Below are positions 17,127-26,878 of a DNA stretch of 64,000 nt, piece after piece (the first letter of the stretch is position 1; every line of letters begins with the position of its first letter). A program made the translations under genes and the position numbers. This DNA is from Candidatus Limnocylindria bacterium (GTDB taxonomy: Bacteria > Chloroflexota > Limnocylindria > P2-11E). Location of the stretch: NCBI GenBank assembly GCA_046262615.1, contig JBHEML010000008.1, positions 720 to 64,719 of the forward strand, in the 5' to 3' direction. Below the pieces are notes generated by a model that ran no database searches, was not told the DNA's origin, and was given only the letters and a program-made list of their open reading frames with translations.

Positions 17127-18715
17127 CAATACCCGGCCGCGAGCCCCTCGCGCCGGGGATCGGCCCCTCCGGCGAGAGCGCCGCCGGGCTCGATGACGAT
17201 CGCCTGCGCCCCGCCGGTGATCTCCGCCCACTCGGGCAGTACGCGCACCTCGTGCCCTAGTTCCGCGAGCGCGCGCCGCACATCCTCCGGATAGCGCGCC
17301 TCCATGCGCAGTTCGCGGCCCTGTTCGTGGTACCAGCGCGGCTGGTCGATCGCCTCCTGTACGCCCTGGCCGTGGTCGATCAGCGCGACGGCGAGCTGGA
17401 AGTTCGTCTGCACCTGCGCCTGGCGCCCCGGAGTGCCGAACACCAGACGAGGCGCCGTGGTCGCGCCGTCGAGGGCCAGGACTGCGTTCAGCGTGTGCAC
17501 CGGCCGCTTTCCCGGAGCCAGCGCGTTCGGCGACCCGGCGTCGAGCGAGAACCCGGTGAGGCGGCTGTTCAGGAGGACGCCCGTGCCCGGGACGATCGCG
17601 ACGGCGCCGAACGCGGTGAAGACGCTCTCGATAAGCGAGACCGCATTGCCATCGCCGTCGACGACGGCGAGGTACGTCGTGTCCGCCGGCGTCGCGGCCG
17701 CGAGCGCGCCTGCCGCGGCGCGATCGCTGGCACGGTCGGGCAGCGCGGCGCGGCGCGCCTCGATGAACGCGGGCACCAGCAGGTCGTCGGCGGAAAAGGG
17801 AACGGCGCGAGGATCTCCGGCGTACGCATCGCGATCCGCGAACGCCAGCTTCTTTATCTCGACCATCTCGTGCACGAGATCGGCGCCACCCCACGGCATC
17901 GCCGCGAAGTCCCGGCCCGCCGCGATCGCGAGCTCTTCGAGGAGCACGTGACCCTGCGAGACCGGGGGCTGCCCGAACACGCGGAGGCCGCGATACGCGA
18001 CGCTGAGCGGCTCGCGGCGTTCGGTCGCGTGCGCCGCGAGGTCGTCGCCGTCGATGTCGCCGCCGAGCCGGGCGATCCCCTCCGCCAAGCGCTCCGCGAG
18101 CGGGCCGCGGTAGAACGCGGAGGCGCCCTGCCGCGCGATCTCGCGAAGGGAACCGGCGAGATCGGGCTGGACGACCACTTCGCCGGCACCGAGGTCGCGC
18201 CCCCGCGGGCGGAACGCGGCCGCGCACCCGGCGTCCGCGCCGAGGGCGGCGGAATGGGCGGCGAGGTCGTCCGCGAGCACGTCACTGACCAGGAAGCCGT
18301 CGGCCGCGTAGTGGATCGCCGCTCGGAGGGCGCGCTCGAGGCCCAGCCGGCCGCCGTCCTCCATCAGGTCGCCCCATGCCGCCACGACCCCGGGCACCGT
18401 CGCCGTTCGCGCCCCACCGTCCGGGAAGCCGGCACGGAAGGAGCCCGCGTCCAGGCGACGCGCCGCGGCGCCTGAGCCGTTGTACGCGGTGACGCGCCGG
18501 GTCCGCGCGTCGTAGACGAGCGCGAACAGGTCGCCACCGATGGACGTCCGGTGCGGGAGGACGACGGCGCATACCGCCGCGGCAGCGACCGCAGCGTCGA
18601 TGGCCGAGCCACCTTCCCGAAGGCTTTCGATCCCGGCGATCGTGGCGAGGTGGTGCCCGCTCGCCACGAGACCACCCGTCGCCCGTATGGTCGGGCGGGT
18701 CGTCACGGCTCTCAT
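17126..18715 (-). CDS. ggt: gamma-glutamyltransferase
   Basis: Track ORF. Motifs: GGLVASGHHLATIAG..., autoprocessing Thr context PADTTYLAVVD, GTPGRQAQ. Confidence 0.9.
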   Translation of the reverse strand: MRAVTTRPTIRATGGLVASGHHLATIAGIESLREGGSAIDAAVAAAAVCAVVLPHRTSIGGDLFALVYDARTRRVTAYNGSGAAARRLDAGSFRAGFPDGGARTATVPGVVAAWGDLMEDGGRLGLERALRAAIHYAADGFLVSDVLADDLAAHSAALGADAGCAAAFRPRGRDLGAGEVVVQPDLAGSLREIARQGASAFYRGPLAERLAEGIARLGGDIDGDDLAAHATERREPLSVAYRGLRVFGQPPVSQGHVLLEELAIAAGRDFAAMPWGGADLVHEMVEIKKLAFADRDAYAGDPRAVPFSADDLLVPAFIEARRAALPDRASDRAAAGALAAATPADTTYLAVVDGDGNAVSLIESVFTAFGAVAIVPGTGVLLNSRLTGFSLDAGSPNALAPGKRPVHTLNAVLALDGATTAPRLVFGTPGRQAQVQTNFQLAVALIDHGQGVQEAIDQPRWYHEQGRELRMEARYPEDVRRALAELGHEVRVLPEWAEITGGAQAIVIEPGGALAGGADPRREGLAAGY

Positions 18716-18756
18716 CCAGTGAAGATCCTATCCGCGAGCGGCGGCTCGGCCGCCGG

Positions 18757-19128
18757 TCACAGCAGGGCCGTCATCGCGGCGCGCGTGATGAGCGCCGCGA
18801 GGGCCGCGACGGTCACGCCGAGCGCGAGCGACCGTCGCGGGCGCTGGACGACCGAGGCCAGCGCCACGGCGAGCGCGAGGAGCAGCACGTGCGGCTCCTC
18901 GCCGGTCAGCAGCGCGGCGAACAGGACGTACCCGATGGCGACCCATCCGATCACCGCCGACGCGTCGATCGCGACGACGACCGCTGCCACGCCGGCGGCG
19001 AGGGCCGATCCCCAGAGCACGATGTTCTCCGCCACGTGCCTGAACGCGCCGCCCGTCGCGACGTACGCGAATGCCACCATGGCCAGGGCATCGAACGACG
19101 CGACCAGCGTCCGCGTCAGGGTCGGCAT
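18757..19128 (-). CDS. small integral membrane protein (hypothetical)
   Basis: C-terminal 123 aa of track ORF 18757..19470 from ATG 19128. Three to four hydrophobic helices. No family recognised. Confidence 0.5.
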   Translation of the reverse strand: MPTLTRTLVASFDALAMVAFAYVATGGAFRHVAENIVLWGSALAAGVAAVVVAIDASAVIGWVAIGYVLFAALLTGEEPHVLLLALAVALASVVQRPRRSLALGVTVAALAALITRAAMTALL

Positions 19129-19151
19129 GTCGCGGACAGTAGAGCGCACGC

Positions 19152-21719
19152 TCAGGTCCCGAGCGCGAGGCGGGTCACTTCCTCGAAAGAGAGCAGCCGC
19201 CCCGCCGCGTGCTCTCGCGCGAACTCGTCGGCGTCGAGCGCACGTCTCGCCTCCACCTCCGGGTCCCCGATGCCGAGGAGCCCCATCGGCGACGCGCCTG
19301 CCGTCGCGCGCTCTCCCATGACGGACACGGCTCCGCAGATACGCGCGGCGCGGTTCGGATCTCCGGTGCGAACGGCGGCACGCGCGCAGTGCAGAAGGGA
19401 AACGATCGCGCCGCCGACATTGCCTGTGCTCGTTTGGATCTCGAGGCACTCCCTCATCGCTGCATGCCAATCCCTGACGCGCCCAAGGTCGAAGAGGAAC
19501 AGCGAATACAGGTTCAGCGTGTCCGACAGCAGGAACCTGTTCGGTTGTCCCCGGCGGTACGCCAGGACCCGCTCCTCGGCCTCGACGGCTTCCGCGATCC
19601 TGCCCTGGCGGTATAGGAGCGAGGCGAGCAGCTCATTGGCGTTGGCGACGCCCGTCTGATCAGGGATCTCGTCGTAGATACCGATGGCCTCTTCGAGCAT
19701 CGCGCGGGCGGCCGCAAGGTCGCCCTTGGCGATCTGCACGAACGACGCGTTGAAGATCGCCTCGGCGATCGCGCCAGGTGGCCCGAGGCGGCGGTAGATC
19801 TCCAATGCCTCGCTGTACGCGCGGTCGAGCGGACTGAAATCACCCTGCCAGTAAGCAAGCCCGGCAAGGGCAGTCAGCCCCTTCGCGCGCTCGATGCCCG
19901 GCGGCGTGGCCGCTGGGAGCCCGAGCATGCGCTCCAGCCGCGCGCGCCCTTCGGCGAGGAAGCCGCGCTGTTGCCAGAACCTCCAGGTCGCTCCACTGAT
20001 CCGCAGGCCGATGCCAGGCGCGTCGGAACGCTCGGCCCAGTCGAGCGCGGCGCGTATGTTGTCGTGCTCGCATGCGAGGCGCATCAGCCACGGAGCGTCT
20101 TCGCCGCCGGACAGGGCCGCCTCGGCGCTCTCCACGAGTGCGAGCACCCACTCGGCGTGGCGACGGCGTACGAGGGATCCTTCACCGCTTTCCGCGAGCC
20201 GCTCCAGCCCGTACTCGCGGATGGTCTCGAGCATGTCGAAACGCGTCTCGCCGGCGTCATCGCCGCTGCGCAGAAGGCTCTTGTCGACCAGTGACTCGAG
20301 GTCATCGACGACAGCGGAGCCGAGCTCGCCTTCCGGGTCGCACACCATCTCGGCCGCCTCCACCCGGCAGCCGTTGACGAAGACCGCGGCGCGCCTGAAG
20401 ACGGCGCGCTCGTCCTCGCCGATCAGATCGTGGCTCCAGGCGATCGCGCCCCGGAGCGTCCGCTGCCGCTCGCTGAGGTCGCGGCTCCCGCTGTTAAGGA
20501 CTCCAAGGCTGCTGTGCAGCCGGGACAGCAGCGCATTCGGGGCGAAGACCTTGATCCGCGCGGCGGCCAGCTCGATCGCGAGCGGCAGGCGATCGAGGCG
20601 CGCGCAGATCGCTCGGATGACGCGGTCGTTCTGATCGTCCAGCTCGAATGCGGGCCGCACCATACGCGCGCGTTCGACGAAGAGCGCGACGGCGTCGTCC
20701 TCGGAGAGGGTCGGCACGGGGTACTCGTGTTCGCCGTATACGCGCAGCGCTTCGCGGCTGGACGCGAGGCACGTGAGGCCGGGAGCGGCGGCGAGGAGTT
20801 CGCCCACGAGCGGCGCCGCGTCGATGACCCGCTCGAAGTTGTCGAGCACGAGCAGCGTAGTGAGGTCGCGCAGCCTGTCCTTCAGGAGGTCGCTCATCGG
20901 CCGCCCGGGCTCCTCGCGGACCGACAGCACCTGGGCGATTGTCGTCGGCACGATCGCCGGCTCCCGGACGGGCGCGAGCGGCACGAAGTACACACCGTTT
21001 GGAAACTCCGACAGGATGTCCCGCGCGACGTGGAGCGAAAGCCGGGTCTTTCCCGTCCCGCCGGGGCCGGTCAACGTCACGAGGCGGTTGCGGCGCACGA
21101 GGTCGCGCAGCTGCGTCACCTCGCGATCGCGCCCGATGAACGGCGTCGCCTCAGTCGGCAGGTTCGAGGGAGTCTCGAGGGACGCGAGCGGCGGAAAGGC
21201 TTCCGGCAGCCCGGGTGCGCGAACCTGCCAGAGGCGCAGCGATCCGACGTCCTTGAGTCGGTGCTCGCCGAGGTCGCGCAGATCGTGCGCGCCTACGAGA
21301 TCGCGCGTCGACTGCGAGACGAGGATCTGTCCGCCGTAGCCGACCGCGGCGATGCGCGCCGCGCGATGGACGTCGATGCCGACGTAGTCATCGCCGCCGA
21401 GCTCACCGACGCCGGTGTGGAGGCCGATACGACAACGGATCTCGCCGCCTTCGGGCCACGGTGCCTCGGCGAGAGACCTCTGCGCGTCGATGGCGGCGGC
21501 CACGGCGCCATCGGCGGTGGGAAAGACGACGAAGAACGCATCCCCGATGGTGCGGACCTCGACGCCGCCGGCCGCAGCGAGAGCGGCCCGGATGCGGCGC
21601 GCGTGCTCCTCCACGATCTCGCGAAAGCCGGCACCGAAGCGCTGCACAAGCCGGGTCGAGCCTTCGATGTCGCTGAAGAAGAAGGTGAGGGTGCCGCTGG
21701 GCAGGACGCGGCTGGTCAT
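19152..21719 (-). CDS. class III adenylate/guanylate cyclase domain fused to a STAND/AAA ATPase and TPR repeats
   Basis: Track ORF. Cyclase motifs: FFFSDIEGSTRL, RTIGDAFFVVF, IDVHRAARI. P-loop: LTGPGGTGKTRL. The C-terminal half is TPR-like. Confidence 0.85.
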   Translation of the reverse strand: MTSRVLPSGTLTFFFSDIEGSTRLVQRFGAGFREIVEEHARRIRAALAAAGGVEVRTIGDAFFVVFPTADGAVAAAIDAQRSLAEAPWPEGGEIRCRIGLHTGVGELGGDDYVGIDVHRAARIAAVGYGGQILVSQSTRDLVGAHDLRDLGEHRLKDVGSLRLWQVRAPGLPEAFPPLASLETPSNLPTEATPFIGRDREVTQLRDLVRRNRLVTLTGPGGTGKTRLSLHVARDILSEFPNGVYFVPLAPVREPAIVPTTIAQVLSVREEPGRPMSDLLKDRLRDLTTLLVLDNFERVIDAAPLVGELLAAAPGLTCLASSREALRVYGEHEYPVPTLSEDDAVALFVERARMVRPAFELDDQNDRVIRAICARLDRLPLAIELAAARIKVFAPNALLSRLHSSLGVLNSGSRDLSERQRTLRGAIAWSHDLIGEDERAVFRRAAVFVNGCRVEAAEMVCDPEGELGSAVVDDLESLVDKSLLRSGDDAGETRFDMLETIREYGLERLAESGEGSLVRRRHAEWVLALVESAEAALSGGEDAPWLMRLACEHDNIRAALDWAERSDAPGIGLRISGATWRFWQQRGFLAEGRARLERMLGLPAATPPGIERAKGLTALAGLAYWQGDFSPLDRAYSEALEIYRRLGPPGAIAEAIFNASFVQIAKGDLAAARAMLEEAIGIYDEIPDQTGVANANELLASLLYRQGRIAEAVEAEERVLAYRRGQPNRFLLSDTLNLYSLFLFDLGRVRDWHAAMRECLEIQTSTGNVGGAIVSLLHCARAAVRTGDPNRAARICGAVSVMGERATAGASPMGLLGIGDPEVEARRALDADEFAREHAAGRLLSFEEVTRLALGT

Positions 21720-21757
21720 GCGGGACGCAACTGTACCGGCCGCGTCGTCCGCCTCCT

Positions 21758-23152
21758 TCAGACGGCGGGCGGTCCATAGAAAGCAGCGCGCGCCTCGCGC
21801 AGCGCCTCGCGCACCCTCGATGTGGCGGTGCCTCCAGGCGATCCCCGGGCGTCGACGGAGTTTCGCGCGCGCACCTCGTCGAGCACCGACGGGCCGAATC
21901 GTGGATCGAAGGCGCGAAGCTCGTCGAGGGTCATCGCCTCGAGCCCCGCGCGCGCGCTGAGCCGCTCACGGACGATCCGCCCGACCACCTCGTGCGCCTC
22001 GCGGAACGGCACTCCCCGGGTCGCGAGGTGGTCCGCGAGGTCGGTCGCCGTCAGGAGGCCGCTCTCGGCCGCGGCCGCCATCGCCTCCCGCCGGAACTGG
22101 AGACCCTCGACCACGAGCGCGAGCGCGGCGAGGGCGTCGGCCGCGCTCGCCGCGTCGTACAGCGGCTGGCGCTGCTCCTGGAGGTCGCTGCCGTAGGCAA
22201 GCGGCAGTCCCTTCAGCGTCGTCAGCACGGCGACGAGGTCGCCGATGATCCGCCCGGCGCGGCCGCGCGCCAGCTCGGCGACGTCTGGATTCTTCTTCTG
22301 CGGCATGATGCTCGAGCCGGTCGCGTGCGCATCGGCGAACTCGACGAAACCGAATTCCGCGCTCGACCACAGCACGAGCTCCTCTGCCAGCCGCGACCCG
22401 TGCACCGCGCTCAGTGCGGCGGTGAACACGTAGTCCGCGATGAAATCCCGGTCGGCGACGGCATCCACGCTGTTCCGGAACACCGTCTCCAGTCCGAGCT
22501 CGCGCGCCACGGACGCGGGATCGATGGGGTACGGCGAACCCGCGAGCGCGCCGGCGCCGAGCGGCGACACCGCCGCCCTCGAACGCGCCTCGGCCACGCG
22601 CTCGCGGTCGCGGCGCAGCGCTTCGACGTGCGCGAGGAGGCCGTGCGCGAGCGTGATCGGCTGCGCGCGCTGGAGGTGCGTGTAGCCCGGGACGATCGTG
22701 TCGACCTCGTCGTCGGCACGGGCGAGCAGCGCCCGTCCGAGATCGCGTAGCGCCGCATCGAGACTGTCGAGGAGCTCCAGCACGAGTAGCCGCAGGTCGA
22801 GCGCGACCTGGTCGTTGCGGCTGCGCGCGGTGTGCAGCCGGCCCGCGACCTCGCCGAGCCGTTCGCGCAGCACGCGCTCGACCGCCGAGTGCACGTCCTC
22901 GGCATCGGACGGCCACGCGAACGTGCCGCGGGCGAGCTCGGCATCGATCGCCACGAGCCCGTTCACGAGGGTCTCCGCGTCGTCCCCGGCGATGATCCCC
23001 TGGCGCCCGAGCATGCGCGCGTGCGCGATGCTGCCGCGCACGTCGTGCCGCGCGATGCGCGCGTCGAGCTCCAGCGACGAGGTGAAGGCGCGCACCCGAG
23101 GGTCGAGATCGCCGGTGAAACGGCCGGACCACAGGTGTGGCCCCGGCGTCAC
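21758..23152 (-). CDS. argH: argininosuccinate lyase
   Basis: Track ORF 21758..23218 trimmed to GTG 23152, which overlaps the argG stop (GTGA). Motifs: LWSGRFTG..., GSSIMPQKKNPD. Confidence 0.9.
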   Translation of the reverse strand: MTPGPHLWSGRFTGDLDPRVRAFTSSLELDARIARHDVRGSIAHARMLGRQGIIAGDDAETLVNGLVAIDAELARGTFAWPSDAEDVHSAVERVLRERLGEVAGRLHTARSRNDQVALDLRLLVLELLDSLDAALRDLGRALLARADDEVDTIVPGYTHLQRAQPITLAHGLLAHVEALRRDRERVAEARSRAAVSPLGAGALAGSPYPIDPASVARELGLETVFRNSVDAVADRDFIADYVFTAALSAVHGSRLAEELVLWSSAEFGFVEFADAHATGSSIMPQKKNPDVAELARGRAGRIIGDLVAVLTTLKGLPLAYGSDLQEQRQPLYDAASAADALAALALVVEGLQFRREAMAAAAESGLLTATDLADHLATRGVPFREAHEVVGRIVRERLSARAGLEAMTLDELRAFDPRFGPSVLDEVRARNSVDARGSPGGTATSRVREALREARAAFYGPPAV

Positions 23153-24432
23153 TTCGCGCGCCTCGCCGGTCTCGCCGCATCGCTGACGTCGGGCAGCGCC
23201 TCGGCACCGGGCCCCCACAGCGCCTGGGTACGCGACTGGTTGCGCAGCGGAAGCCCGAAGACGCCGATGAATCCCGCGGCCGCGTTCTGGTCGAAGGCGT
23301 CGCCCTTGCCGTAAGTCGCGAGCGACAGCGAATACAGCGAGTTCTCCGAGCGGCGGCCGACGACCGTGGCGGTGCCGTGATGCAGGCGGATGCGGATGTC
23401 GCCGGTCACGAAGCGCTGCGTGCTGCGCACGTAGGCGGCGAGATCCTGGTGATGGGCGCTGAACCAGAGCCCGTTGTAGACGAGGTCCGCGTACTCCTGC
23501 GCGACGCGCTGCTTGAAGCGCAGGGTCTCCTTCGAGAGGACCATGTCCTCCAGCGCGCGATGCGCCATGTGCAGCACCACGGCAGCCGGCGCCTCGTACA
23601 CCTCGCGGGACTTGATCCCGACCAGGCGGTTCTCGATCTGGTCGATCCGGCCGACGCCGTGCTTTCCGGCGAGCGCGTTCAAGCGCTCGATCAGGGCGAC
23701 GCCTCCGAGCTCCCGGCCGTCCACCGAGAAGGGGATGCCCTCGCGGAACGCGATGACGATCTCGCGCGCCTTCGCCGGCGTCTCGTCGGGATCAGCTGTC
23801 CACTGATATACGTCGCGCGGTGGAGCACCCCACGGGTCCTCGAGCATGCCCGCCTCGATCGAGCGGCCCCACAGGTTCTCGTCCACGCTGTACGGGCTGC
23901 GCTTCGTGACCGGTATCGGGATGCCGTGGGCTCGGGCGTAGTCAATCTCCTCCTCGCGCGTCATGTTCATGCCGCCGCGCATCGGCGCAATCACCGCGAG
24001 GTCCGGAGCGAGCGCGCCGACCGCGACGTCGAAACGGACCTGGTCGTTGCCCTTGCCCGTGCAGCCGTGGGCGACGAATCGCGCGCCCTCTTCGCGCGCC
24101 GCGTCGACGAGCAGCTTCGCCAGCAGGGGACGCCCGAGCGCCGTCGCGAGCGGATAGCGCTCCTCGTACAGCGCGTCGGCCTGGAGCGCGGGCCACAGGA
24201 AGTACGACACGAACACGTCGCGGACGTCCCGCACGATCGCCTTGCGGGCGCCGCTGCGCAGAGCCTTCCGCCGGATGCCGGGGATGTCCTTGACCGAGCC
24301 GAGGTCCCCGGTGCACGTGACCACCTCGAGCCCGTACGTCTCGCGCAGCCAGGCGACCGCGACCGAGGTGTCGAGCCCGCCCGAATACGCGAGCACGCAC
24401 GTCTGGCCGGTGGTGACGGCGCCTTGGTTCAT
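23149..24432 (-). CDS. argG: argininosuccinate synthase
   Basis: Track ORF. Motifs: VLAYSGGLDTSV, HGCTGKGNDQVRF. ATG overlaps the argR stop (ATGA). Confidence 0.95.
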   Translation of the reverse strand: MNQGAVTTGQTCVLAYSGGLDTSVAVAWLRETYGLEVVTCTGDLGSVKDIPGIRRKALRSGARKAIVRDVRDVFVSYFLWPALQADALYEERYPLATALGRPLLAKLLVDAAREEGARFVAHGCTGKGNDQVRFDVAVGALAPDLAVIAPMRGGMNMTREEEIDYARAHGIPIPVTKRSPYSVDENLWGRSIEAGMLEDPWGAPPRDVYQWTADPDETPAKAREIVIAFREGIPFSVDGRELGGVALIERLNALAGKHGVGRIDQIENRLVGIKSREVYEAPAAVVLHMAHRALEDMVLSKETLRFKQRVAQEYADLVYNGLWFSAHHQDLAAYVRSTQRFVTGDIRIRLHHGTATVVGRRSENSLYSLSLATYGKGDAFDQNAAAGFIGVFGLPLRNQSRTQALWGPGAEALPDVSDAARPARRAK

Positions 24433-24908
24433 CGCGACCTCCGCACGCCGAATGAGGCGAGGCGCGCCGCGAGGGCGTGGCCGTCCCGCTCGCGCTTGAC
24501 GGCCACGAACACGGTGTCGTCCCCAGCGATCGTTCCCACCGCCTCCGGGAACGACGCGGCATCGAAGGCGGCGGCCAGCGCGTTGGCGCTGCCCGGGAGC
24601 GATCGCAGGACAATGAGGCTGCTCGCCGACGACGCGTCGACGGGGTTGTCCTCGCAGAAGCGCCGCAGACGGTCAACGCCGCCGGTCGACGGCGTGATCG
24701 CGGGCGGCGAGTAGCTGTGGTGGCCGTCGCGAGCGACCTTCACCAGGCCGAGCTCCACGATGTCCCTCGACACGGTGGCCTGCGTGGCGGGGAAGCCCGC
24801 CTGCCGGAGCGCGCGGACGAGCTCCGCCTGTGTCGCGTGCTCGCGATCGGCCACGAGCCGCGCGAGCGCCTGCTGCCGGTGCCGCTTGCGGGAGAGCGGA
24901 TCACGCAT
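24429..24908 (-). CDS. argR: arginine repressor
   Basis: Track ORF 24429..24935; the more likely ATG is at 24908. Winged HTH: QAELVRALRQAGFPATQATVSRDIVELGL. C-terminal oligomerisation domain: GTIAGDDTVFV. Confidence 0.85.
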   Translation of the reverse strand: MRDPLSRKRHRQQALARLVADREHATQAELVRALRQAGFPATQATVSRDIVELGLVKVARDGHHSYSPPAITPSTGGVDRLRRFCEDNPVDASSASSLIVLRSLPGSANALAAAFDAASFPEAVGTIAGDDTVFVAVKRERDGHALAARLASFGVRRSR

Positions 24909-25683
24909 CGAAGACCGTGCCGACGACATCGCCATCGAGGAGCCGTTCGATCGAGTCAGCGTCGCCCGCCGACACGATCGCGGCGCGGCTGCCCGCGCCG
25001 GCGGCCAGGAGACACGCCTCCACCTTCGGCACCATCCCGCCGTCGATCGTGCCGTCCGCCAAGAGCTCGCGCGCGGCCGAAGCGTCGAGGCTCGCGATCG
25101 TCGCCCCGTCCCGCCCTCGCACTCCAGGCACGTCGGTGATGAACGCGAGCAGGCGCGAGGGCAGGCTCGCCGCGATCGCTCCGGCCGCGGCGTCGGCGTT
25201 GACGTTGAGCAGCGCGCCGTCCTTCTGATCGATGGCGGCCGGAGCGAGCACGGGTACGCGCCCCGCCTCGAGGAGGACTTCGACGAGCGAGGTATCGACG
25301 AGGGAGATCCGGCCGACGAGGCCGAGCGCCGGCTCCTCCCGACCGGCCCGCAGCGTCGCGCCGTCGATACCCGATATGCCCACTGCCGGAACGCCGCGCG
25401 CGATGAGCGCGGCCACGATGCGCTTATTCGCCAGTCCCGACAGAACGGCGAGCGCGGTGTCCCGTGTCGGCTCGTCGGTCACCCGCAGGCCGCGCACGAA
25501 GCGCGTCTCGAGCCCGAGGCTCTTCGTCCATTCGCCGACGAGCGGTCCGCCTCCGTGCACGACAACGACCTCATGACCACCGTCGTGGAGGGACGCCACG
25601 GCCGCCAGCGCGGCGTCGGCCTCCGCGCTGACGGAGCCGCCGATCTTGAGCACGACGGCGTCGCGACGCGGCGGGTCGGGCAC
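24901..25683 (-). CDS. argB: acetylglutamate kinase
   Basis: Track ORF. Motifs: VVLKIGGS, VVVHGGGP, LNVNADAAAGAIA. Confidence 0.9.
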   Translation of the reverse strand: MPDPPRRDAVVLKIGGSVSAEADAALAAVASLHDGGHEVVVVHGGGPLVGEWTKSLGLETRFVRGLRVTDEPTRDTALAVLSGLANKRIVAALIARGVPAVGISGIDGATLRAGREEPALGLVGRISLVDTSLVEVLLEAGRVPVLAPAAIDQKDGALLNVNADAAAGAIAASLPSRLLAFITDVPGVRGRDGATIASLDASAARELLADGTIDGGMVPKVEACLLAAGAGSRAAIVSAGDADSIERLLDGDVVGTVFDA

Positions 25684-25686
25684 CGC

Positions 25687-26877
25687 TCAGGTCGTGTAGT
25701 CGGCGTTGATGCGCACATATTCGGCGGAGAGATCGCCTCCCCACGCGCGCGACTGGCCATCGCCGAGCCCGAGGTCGACCTCGATCTCGACCGGTGAGGA
25801 ATCGAAGGCGGCGCGCAGCGCCGATCCTTCCGGCGCGCACGGCACGCCTTCGGCGTAGACGGGAACGTCGCCGATGCGGACGCTCGCCAGACGCGCGTCG
25901 ACGCGCGCTCCTGAGCGGCCGGCCGCCGCTAGGATCCGTCCCCAGTTCGGATCGGCGCCGTGGACCGCGGTCTTCACCAGGTTCGAGGCAGTGATCACAC
26001 GGGCCGCCGCGGCCGCGTCAGCGGCGGTCATCGCGCCGCGCACGCTGACCGCGAATACCCGCGTCACGCCCTCGCCGTCCGCGACGATCGCGCGCGCGAG
26101 CTCGTCGCACACGGCCGTCACGGCCTCCGCGAAAGCGGGCCGGTCCGCGTCGGCCACGCGCACGCCGGAGGCGCCGTTCGCCAAGAGCAGCAGCGTGTCG
26201 TTCGTGCTCGTATCCCCGTCGACCGAGATCGCGTTGAACGTCGCGGCGGCCGCGTCGCGCAGTACCGCCTCCAGCAGCACGGCGTCCGCCAGCGCGTCGG
26301 TGGTGAGGAAGGCGAGCATCGTCGCCATGTTCGGATGGATCATGCCCGCGCCCTTCGCCATCCCGCCCACGCGCACCGTGCCGCCCTCGAGCGCCACCTC
26401 CCGCTGCGACACCTTCGGCCGCGTGTCGGTGGTCATGATCGCCCGCGACGCCGCGTCCCAGCCATCGACGGAGAGCTCGATGCGCGGTATCGCCGCGGCG
26501 ATCCGGTCGGCGGGCAGCGGGACGCCGATCACGCCGGTGCTCGCGACGGCGACCTCGTACGGCGACACGCCGATGGCCGCGGCCGCGGCGGCCGCCATCG
26601 AGATCGCGTCACGCTCGCCCTGCGGACCGGTGCACGCGTTGGCGTTGCCAGAATTGGCCACTATCGCGCGCAACGCACCGCGGCGGAGATGCTCGCGTGT
26701 GAGGACGCACGGAGCGGCGATGACCTGGTTCGTCGTGAACACCCCCGCCGCGGTACAAGGAGCCGCCGACGCAACGAGCGCGACGTCGAGACGGTCGGAG
26801 GTCGGGTCCTTGACGCCAGCCGTCGCCGCCCCGGCGGTGAAGCCGCGCGCGAAGGTGACGCCGCCTCCTTCGCTCAC
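25687..26877 (-). CDS. argJ: bifunctional glutamate N-acetyltransferase / amino-acid acetyltransferase
   Basis: Track ORF. Autoprocessing site context: ATMLAFLTTDA. Confidence 0.9.
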   Translation of the reverse strand: MSEGGGVTFARGFTAGAATAGVKDPTSDRLDVALVASAAPCTAAGVFTTNQVIAAPCVLTREHLRRGALRAIVANSGNANACTGPQGERDAISMAAAAAAAIGVSPYEVAVASTGVIGVPLPADRIAAAIPRIELSVDGWDAASRAIMTTDTRPKVSQREVALEGGTVRVGGMAKGAGMIHPNMATMLAFLTTDALADAVLLEAVLRDAAAATFNAISVDGDTSTNDTLLLLANGASGVRVADADRPAFAEAVTAVCDELARAIVADGEGVTRVFAVSVRGAMTAADAAAAARVITASNLVKTAVHGADPNWGRILAAAGRSGARVDARLASVRIGDVPVYAEGVPCAPEGSALRAAFDSSPVEIEVDLGLGDGQSRAWGGDLSAEYVRINADYTT

Positions 26878-26878
26878 T

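Noticed and set aside
17127-18227. N-terminal extensions of track ORFs, for example 15012..18227, 11156..12949, 7066..9315, 56763..58448, 61533..63218, 59571..60818, 48370..49683 and 42557..44242.
   Set aside because: The extensions overlap the real upstream genes in another frame and are Arg-rich. In each case an internal ATG/GTG/TTG at a 4-nt stop/start overlap, or just after the upstream stop, gives a homologue-like N-terminus.
19152-21719. STAND NTPase as an Avs-like anti-phage defence gene.
   Set aside because: The N-terminal effector is a class III cyclase with intact catalytic motifs, and the C-terminus is TPR. This is the common regulatory cyclase-ATPase-TPR family. No nuclease, TIR or other defence effector and no defence-island neighbours are present.
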